NCBI GenBank assembly: GCA_003144275.1
Contig: NJBF01000040.1
Coordinates: 723-32,722 of the forward strand
Direction of reading: 5' to 3'
DNA from: Candidatus Heimdallarchaeota archaeon B3_Heim
GTDB lineage: Archaea > Asgardarchaeota > Heimdallarchaeia > Hodarchaeales > Hodarchaeaceae
DNA length: 32,000 bases
Below are positions 26,472-32,000 of this stretch, piece by piece. The notes beneath the pieces were generated by a model. That model saw nothing but the letters and a program-made list of their open reading frames with translations. It ran no database searches and was not told the origin of the DNA. Numbering within the stretch: position 1 is the stretch's first letter; every line of letters begins with the position of its first letter. Made by a program: the position numbers and the translations under genes.

Positions 26472-26502
26472 AAAAAAAAAGAAGAGAGAAGAATGGAAAA
26501 AA
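26472..26502 (-). terminator. Pyrimidine/oligo(T) terminator candidate
   Basis: Minus strand TTTTTTCCATTCTTCTCTCTTCTTTTTTTTT directly after the stop at 26503. Confidence 0.5.
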
Positions 26503-27939
26503 TTAAAGCTTCTTGAAGAAACTCTCTTGAGATAGTTGTTCCAGTTCCCTGATTTTTGGCAAGACACTATACAACATTATTTGCTCTAAATCGTCTCGAA
26601 AAGAAGTAAAATGCTCATCTTCCATAAACGGGTCCTGAAATTTCGAACGTATCTTAAAGGAAGGTTCTTCCCCTTTCAAATTCCAGAAGATATTGAGTTT
26701 TGTGTCTGTGATATGATAAATATGATTACGTAGATCAATATCTTTATCTACTATATCTGTAGGCCACTTCGAAAAAGCCAGATAAGCACCAAAGAATAGT
26801 AGTAAGGGCACAATCACAAATCTTATGGTTGTGGCAGCAACACGAGCATTCTCAGCTACACTTCCAAAAGAAATAACAGCTAAGACCACTCCAAGCAAGA
26901 ATATCAATAATCCAAACGTGACAATAAGCTTGGGTGCTCTAAGAACTTTTGGTTCAAAAGAATGCCAGAAATTTGGAATAGTAAATCGAGCTCGCTTTTG
27001 ATCACCAGAAAGTGCCTTTAACTTTCTAAGCTCCTTACGCGTTTTATTTCCTGCGTAATAATGAAAACTATCATACCTGACTTTCTCAAGCTCCCATTCT
27101 GAATTTACTTTTCGAATATATACAAAAAATGGTGCATAATCCATATCGTGGGTCGCATGGGTAAACGCGGGTGGTTCTCGCCACCAAAAGTATAATGCAA
27201 TTATACCTGCAATGATAAACACCGCGGCTACATAACTAAACCTTAGTTGATATTCTAAAGTTACGAATTCTCCAATAATATCCTCACTTAGAATTGTAGG
27301 ATGCCATGCTTCAGCTCCTTCAACTACTTCTCCAGTTGGTTTCGTGAGAAACATTTCAATAAGAAGCGTCCACATCACAAGGCCAAAGACCAAGAAAAGA
27401 TGTTGATTACTGAAGTAAAAAGAACCTTTAGGTAACCCACGTAAAGCTTTTGAAAATTGAACAGCGCCAAGAATGGAAAATAATGCTCCAATAAGAATAA
27501 TACTCATGACTGCTGATTGATAAGATAAATAAGAGTAAATTAAAGTACCTATGATTCCAAGAATAAATAGAGGCAGTACAGTAACCCAAAAGGAAATGAA
27601 GAAGCGTTGTTTTGTCCACACATAAACATGCTGAATGCATTTATGGTCAGGATTATTCAATTCTTCAATCACACGGAAGTAAGAGCCTCCCCATGCTTTA
27701 CTTTTACGTTCAGATCGCAATTCCAATCCTGATAATCGTATCTCTGGCATGAACTCCTTAACTAAATCAATATTTTCTTTTGTGACATCTTCACCGTCTA
27801 AGGGAAGAAATAGTCCTTTTTTTCTCATTCCTGCTTTTTCAATCTGTTTTTTCATTGATTTAGTTTGCCATTTAACATCCTTAACGTCCTTCTCAGTCTT
27901 CTGTAGATCTACAATTTTTCCGAATAGAATTTCTTGCAT
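26503..27939 (-). CDS. Polytopic membrane protein, possibly with a split Vps62/NPP1-like soluble domain
   Basis: 478 aa with about 6-7 hydrophobic segments; soluble motifs EFMPEIRL, YFRV, IQHVYVWTKQ, HDMDYAPFFVY, RYDSFHY and WHSF. Confidence 0.75.
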   Translation of the reverse strand: MQEILFGKIVDLQKTEKDVKDVKWQTKSMKKQIEKAGMRKKGLFLPLDGEDVTKENIDLVKEFMPEIRLSGLELRSERKSKAWGGSYFRVIEELNNPDHKCIQHVYVWTKQRFFISFWVTVLPLFILGIIGTLIYSYLSYQSAVMSIILIGALFSILGAVQFSKALRGLPKGSFYFSNQHLFLVFGLVMWTLLIEMFLTKPTGEVVEGAEAWHPTILSEDIIGEFVTLEYQLRFSYVAAVFIIAGIIALYFWWREPPAFTHATHDMDYAPFFVYIRKVNSEWELEKVRYDSFHYYAGNKTRKELRKLKALSGDQKRARFTIPNFWHSFEPKVLRAPKLIVTFGLLIFLLGVVLAVISFGSVAENARVAATTIRFVIVPLLLFFGAYLAFSKWPTDIVDKDIDLRNHIYHITDTKLNIFWNLKGEEPSFKIRSKFQDPFMEDEHFTSFRDDLEQIMLYSVLPKIRELEQLSQESFFKKL

Positions 27940-28082
27940 GCGTTATCACCAGTGAAAATTTCTGTAGTAATTTTAAATCATGATAGATAGGATAAGAATA
28001 ATAGTCGTTTTTTAAGGTTGCTTATTCAATAAATTCATACTAACATGTGTTCCGACCATCAGAACTACCCTATAGATGAACC

Positions 28083-28097
28083 AATAAGTTTTAAGTA
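28083..28097 (+). promoter_or_regulatory. BRE/TATA promoter, probably giving a leaderless transcript
   Basis: AATAAG-TTTTAAGTA with the TATA-like box starting 30 nt upstream of the ATG at 28119. Confidence 0.5.
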
Positions 28098-28118
28098 CAG
28101 TAATTTAGCTAGCTTCTT

Positions 28119-29411
28119 ATGGAAATTCTACTTAAAGATATTAAATTACTAGTAGATCCCCATGAAGGGGTAGATCAAAAACGGGTGAATATTGTCATAG
28201 AGGAAGATCGAATTACCGAAATTAGTTCTAATGCACAAATACCCTCACCTGAATATGTGATTGATGGAAAAGCGTTAATTGTCCTCCCTCCATCGATAAA
28301 CAGCCATACACATTTACCTATGACTCTTTTACGAGGATATTCTGACAATAAAGTGTTATACGAGTGGTTAGCCGACATTTGGGCCATTGAGGGAAAATTT
28401 GATGCCAAATGGATTGAATTAGGCACAAAATTAGCTTGTCTTGAAGCAATTAAAGCAGGAACAGGTGGAACATTTGATTTTTATTTTCAAGAAAGTGTAA
28501 TTGGACGAGTATTGGACCAAGCAGGAATTCGTGGCTGGTTAGGGGCAGGATTATTACCCAGTGCTTTTGTTGACCAAGGAGGATTAGAATCTCAGCTAAA
28601 GGATTTCGAACGGGTGATTGAGGAAGTAAAAACATCCTCCTTACTAAATGCAGCGATTGCTCCCCATTCTCCAACAACTGTGGAGGAAGAACACTTGTTA
28701 CAAGCGAGAGATCTCGCTGCAAAACACAATATTCCCATTTCGATTCATGCTTCCGAAACTAGAAAAGAAGTCCTTGACTGTGAAGAAAAGCATGGAGTTC
28801 CTCCCGTTGAAAGACTTGATCAAATAAGCTTTTTTCAGGAGGGGACAAAAGAAGTAGTTGCTCATTGTGCTTGGATCACGCAACGAGAAGTAGAAATTTT
28901 AGGAAAACATCATGCCATGGTCGCCTGGTGCCCGACCTCAGCCCAAAAATTAGCATATGCAGGAGTTACACCCATACCAGAATTAAGAAAAGCTGGAGCT
29001 GTAGTTGCACTGGGAACGGATGGAACAGCCTCAAATAATACATTAGATCTATGGCGAGAGATGCGTGAAGGTGTGAACATGGTTTCTTTTACCCGTTGGG
29101 ATCCTGCAATCTATCCTGCTGAGGAAGTACTTGAGGATACTCATTGGTCATTTCGAAATTACTTCCTCCCCGAATCACAAATAGCAGTAGGAAACAAAGC
29201 AGATTTAGTGGTAGTGAATTTCCATTCTCCCCATCTACAACCGATTCACAATGTTGTATCCAATTTAGTTTATGCTGCGAATGGTAGTGATGTGCATTCA
29301 TTAGTGGTTGATGGGAAATTACTCATGCATGAACGGAATGTGCTTTCTTTAGATGAAAAGAAAATATTGGATGAGATTGAAACCAAAGTTCCAGATCTAA
29401 TAAAGGATTAA
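28119..29411 (+). CDS. Amidohydrolase-superfamily deaminase (MTA/SAH/5'-deoxyadenosine deaminase-like)
   Basis: NSHTHLPM, APHS, IHASET, AHCAW, LGTDG.ASNN and GNKADL. Confidence 0.9.
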   Translation: MEILLKDIKLLVDPHEGVDQKRVNIVIEEDRITEISSNAQIPSPEYVIDGKALIVLPPSINSHTHLPMTLLRGYSDNKVLYEWLADIWAIEGKFDAKWIELGTKLACLEAIKAGTGGTFDFYFQESVIGRVLDQAGIRGWLGAGLLPSAFVDQGGLESQLKDFERVIEEVKTSSLLNAAIAPHSPTTVEEEHLLQARDLAAKHNIPISIHASETRKEVLDCEEKHGVPPVERLDQISFFQEGTKEVVAHCAWITQREVEILGKHHAMVAWCPTSAQKLAYAGVTPIPELRKAGAVVALGTDGTASNNTLDLWREMREGVNMVSFTRWDPAIYPAEEVLEDTHWSFRNYFLPESQIAVGNKADLVVVNFHSPHLQPIHNVVSNLVYAANGSDVHSLVVDGKLLMHERNVLSLDEKKILDEIETKVPDLIKD

Positions 29412-29438
29412 CTTTTGATTAATGAGAGTACGATTGGC

Positions 29439-30752
29439 TCAACAATCGATATATCGGTCAAGTTCCCAGGGAGTGATTTCCTTCTTCTCAAAACTATATT
29501 GGCTTGTAAAATGTTCCCATTCTAACTTTCGTGCCTCATAGAACTCTTGATGGAGATCTTTACCAAGAACAGACTTTGCTAATTTACTCTTGTGAAATAC
29601 TTCCAACGCATTAATTAATGTACGAGGAAGTAAATCCACATTTTTCTCTTTAAGTTCACGAGGACTTAATAAATCAGCATCAAAATCAGCAGCTGACGGA
29701 GGTTCTATTTTTTTTCTTACTCCCTCAAGACCTGCAGCTAATAACATGGCTAAGGTAAAATAGATATTACTGGCAGCATCAGCTGCTCGGTACTCAAGAC
29801 GCCCTGATTCGTACCCTGGAACTCGGATTAATGCTGTTCGATTGGCAATTCCCCAATTAATGTAAACAGGAGCTTCTATCCTAGGGACCAATCGTCTATA
29901 TGAGTTCACGATAGGATTGGTTATAGCTGTAATTTCTCTGGCATATTTCAACTGTCCTGCAATAAAATGTAGAACAAATTCGGATAAATCGTTTGCACTT
30001 TCCTTAAATAGATCAGTTTTCTCTCCTTTTACCATTTGATGGATATGCATTCCGTTACCTGAGTCATCAATAAAGGGTTTAGGCATAAACGATATGATCC
30101 AGTCCTCTGTGTTGTTTAACGCAACCATCTTGGCAACTTGCTTGAACATCTGAACTCCATCAGCAGCAGCTACCGCAGGTAATGCCTGAAATTCAATTTC
30201 GTGTTGTGATTTTCCCACCTCTGAGTGGAACGTTTTGAAAGGTAAATTAACCAGCTCTAAAGTTTCAATAATCATTTTTCGGACAAAATATCCCCGATCT
30301 CGTGGAGGTAATGCCATGTAAGTGGCAGTATCCACAGGTTTAAGATCAGAGGTTAAGATATAAAACTCCATTTCAGGCCGAGCATAATAATTCGCATTAT
30401 ATTCCTCTAGTAATGAACGATTGACTTCTGAAAGAATTCCCCTTGGATCAGTCGCAATTCTTTCATGTGTATCAGTACTTCGTAAATCACAAAAGACACA
30501 TGCAGTATTATCTTGCCATGGAACAAGTGTAACAGTAGAAGGATCGGGTACAATAATCATATCAGACCGTTTAGTTCTAAGAAATCCAATGGACGACCCA
30601 TCAACTCCAACCTGTTCAATTTTGCTGAAAGCTCTTTTAGAAAGTTCCACACCTTTTAAATTTCCATCTGCTCCCGTGAATTGTAGTAAAAGGTATTTAG
30701 AACCGATTTTTTCCATCTTTTTAATGATATTATCCCTTATTTCTACGGACAT
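29439..30752 (-). CDS. glnA: Glutamine synthetase family (type I-like) protein
   Basis: DGSSI, EMEFY, HSEVGKSQHEI, FMPKPF..SGNGMHIH, NPIVNSYRRLVP..EAP, WG..NR...IRVP and RLEYR; SD AGGTGAG. Substrate may not be ammonia. Confidence 0.8.
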   Translation of the reverse strand: MSVEIRDNIIKKMEKIGSKYLLLQFTGADGNLKGVELSKRAFSKIEQVGVDGSSIGFLRTKRSDMIIVPDPSTVTLVPWQDNTACVFCDLRSTDTHERIATDPRGILSEVNRSLLEEYNANYYARPEMEFYILTSDLKPVDTATYMALPPRDRGYFVRKMIIETLELVNLPFKTFHSEVGKSQHEIEFQALPAVAAADGVQMFKQVAKMVALNNTEDWIISFMPKPFIDDSGNGMHIHQMVKGEKTDLFKESANDLSEFVLHFIAGQLKYAREITAITNPIVNSYRRLVPRIEAPVYINWGIANRTALIRVPGYESGRLEYRAADAASNIYFTLAMLLAAGLEGVRKKIEPPSAADFDADLLSPRELKEKNVDLLPRTLINALEVFHKSKLAKSVLGKDLHQEFYEARKLEWEHFTSQYSFEKKEITPWELDRYIDC

Positions 30753-30826
30753 GTTAGCTCACCTTGAAACAAAGACCTTGGTACTTAGGTCCGAGATTTC
30801 TTTTGAGAGTAAATAATTTTCGTGAG

Positions 30827-30840
30827 AAAAAAAAGAGGGA
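30827..30840 (-). terminator. Oligo(T) terminator candidate
   Basis: Minus strand TCCCTCTTTTTTTT about 30 nt after the stop at 30869. Confidence 0.4.
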
Positions 30841-30868
30841 GATTGAGGTTTAATTTAATAAAAAATAC

Positions 30869-31291
30869 CTATTCTTTTAAATTTTCGTAAAATGGGACGA
30901 ATGGATAGATATACACTCCGATTATTCCCCCTAACCCCGAAAAACTCGCTAAAATTAACAAAATTACGATGTGTACTAAAAATCCTAATCCTGAATAACC
31001 GACAGCCGCTCCCATTAACGCTTCGACAGCTTCTATACCTGTAAATAGGGCAAAATTACTATAAACCAGTAATGCAACCAGCATCCCAACAAAACCTGCG
31101 AAAAACCCACGAATTGCTCTCTCACTTATAATCAATCCTCCAAATATTGCAGGAACGAAATAAAGCTCCCAATAAGGAAAGAAAATTAGTTCAAGCCATA
31201 ATCCTACTGCTGTAATCCCGATTCCTATATGGTATCGATAAGGAAGCAATTTAATAATGTTAGCTGTAATTGTTTCTCTCGTATTACTCAT
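30869..31291 (-). CDS. Small Gly-rich membrane protein (about 4 TM), function unknown
   Basis: 140 aa, hydrophobic, with GGLI, GFFAGFVG and GLGGIIG; starts 3 nt after the upstream stop. Confidence 0.8.
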   Translation of the reverse strand: MSNTRETITANIIKLLPYRYHIGIGITAVGLWLELIFFPYWELYFVPAIFGGLIISERAIRGFFAGFVGMLVALLVYSNFALFTGIEAVEALMGAAVGYSGLGFLVHIVILLILASFSGLGGIIGVYIYPFVPFYENLKE

Positions 31292-31294
31292 TTT

Positions 31295-32000
31295 TTATCC
31301 TCCTGGCTTAAATGTTAATGTACTTTCGATATAGAAAGAGTCAGAAGAGCTTTCAGTAGCTGCTGCTTTAAATTCCGCAGCCGAGGGATAAAAGTAGGCT
31401 ACATGGTACCCAAAGATACTATCTGTTCTAACAATATAGAGAGTTTCAAGTTGATCTTTGTAGTGCTTTGAGAGGGGGTTACCGTTTTGACCTGAGGGAA
31501 TTGATGTCCATGCATGAGGAAGATTACTTTTACTCGGATCTAAATCATACACAGCTCTTTCAGATGCCCCATGATGAACGGTACGCCCACTAGCAGCCGC
31601 TAGGGTATAGTCATTTCCATAAAAAGGATAGGGGCCAGCATTAAATGGACCTAATTCTGTTAAATGTAAAGGAAATAGAGTATGATAATTCCCATAAAGC
31701 CAGTCGTCCATGTTTAATGTATTAAGACCATAAGGGGTGGCTAAAAAGTTCACTGCATCAACAAGTGACTGATAGGCAATATCATCAATTGTCTCTACTT
31801 GTGGAGTGGAACTATCATCAAACCATTTAACAGACTGATTATAGAGAGTCATATTCTCTAGGGTATGGTCTTGAGGAAAAGGTGTTTTTACATTCTCGTG
31901 GGCCTTAGCAAAATCATCTGCAAATGTATTATATCTGAAAAACTCGAGCCATTCCGCATAAATCGTTGGTGCAACCAAGTCCTTATGCATTTCACCAAAT
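31295..32000 (-). CDS. Penicillin acylase family (Ntn hydrolase, S45) protein, C-terminal part; truncated by the window edge
   Basis: GPYPFYGNDYTL, GASERAVYDL and IPSGQNGNPLSKHYKDQ. The frame stays open from 31990 to 32000. Confidence 0.85.
   Translation of the reverse strand, partial: FGEMHKDLVAPTIYAEWLEFFRYNTFADDFAKAHENVKTPFPQDHTLENMTLYNQSVKWFDDSSTPQVETIDDIAYQSLVDAVNFLATPYGLNTLNMDDWLYGNYHTLFPLHLTELGPFNAGPYPFYGNDYTLAAASGRTVHHGASERAVYDLDPSKSNLPHAWTSIPSGQNGNPLSKHYKDQLETLYIVRTDSIFGYHVAYFYPSAAEFKAAATESSSDSFYIESTLTFKPGG

Noticed and set aside
25023-30752. Class III aminotransferase, amidohydrolase and GS-like genes as one polyamine-catabolism cluster
   Set aside because: The genes are on alternating strands with separate promoters and terminators; no dehydrogenase or gamma-glutamyl hydrolase partner is present.
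30421-30816. 131-aa alternative-frame ORF overlapping the glnA 5' end
   Set aside because: Same strand, different frame from a motif-rich gene; no independent evidence.
1-32000. CRISPR arrays, tRNA/rRNA genes, IS elements, integrases, long tandem repeats
   Set aside because: None seen on reading the intergenic regions; A-rich periodicity within rad50 is explained by coiled-coil codon usage.

Overview
AT-rich, gene-dense prokaryotic window. It reads as archaeal from its BRE/TATA-like promoters, AGGAG/GAGGTGA ribosome-binding sites, T-tract terminators, GTG/TTG starts and RIO1 kinase. An Asgard (Heimdall/Hodarchaeales-like) origin is my inference from protein style; no marker gene is present to prove it. 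The left third is a tightly coupled five-gene DNA end-processing operon: nurA, herA, mre11/sbcD, rad50/sbcC and a DEAH/DUF1998 (MrfA/Hrq1-type) helicase. Its Rad50 has no CXXC zinc hook. Next come a membrane-anchored subtilase with a site-1-protease-like architecture, RIO1 kinase, an NAD-salvage pair (Pof1-like adenylyltransferase and PncC/CinA) and a class V aminotransferase. These are followed by an orphan STAND/Cdc6-like ATPase fused to a nuclease-fold and winged-helix module, a tandem winged-helix protein, LarE, a GHMP kinase, a catalytically degenerate Mrr-like protein and a class III aminotransferase. The window ends with a membrane protein carrying an apparently split Vps62/NPP1-like domain, an amidohydrolase, a glutamine-synthetase-family enzyme, a small membrane protein and the 3' end of a penicillin-acylase-family gene. 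Two gene remnants absent from the ORF track (dppB-like permease, MBL-fold hydrolase) were found by manual translation. No rRNA, tRNA, CRISPR array or transposase was seen. Family assignments come from motifs read by eye and from recalled family consensus, not from database searches.
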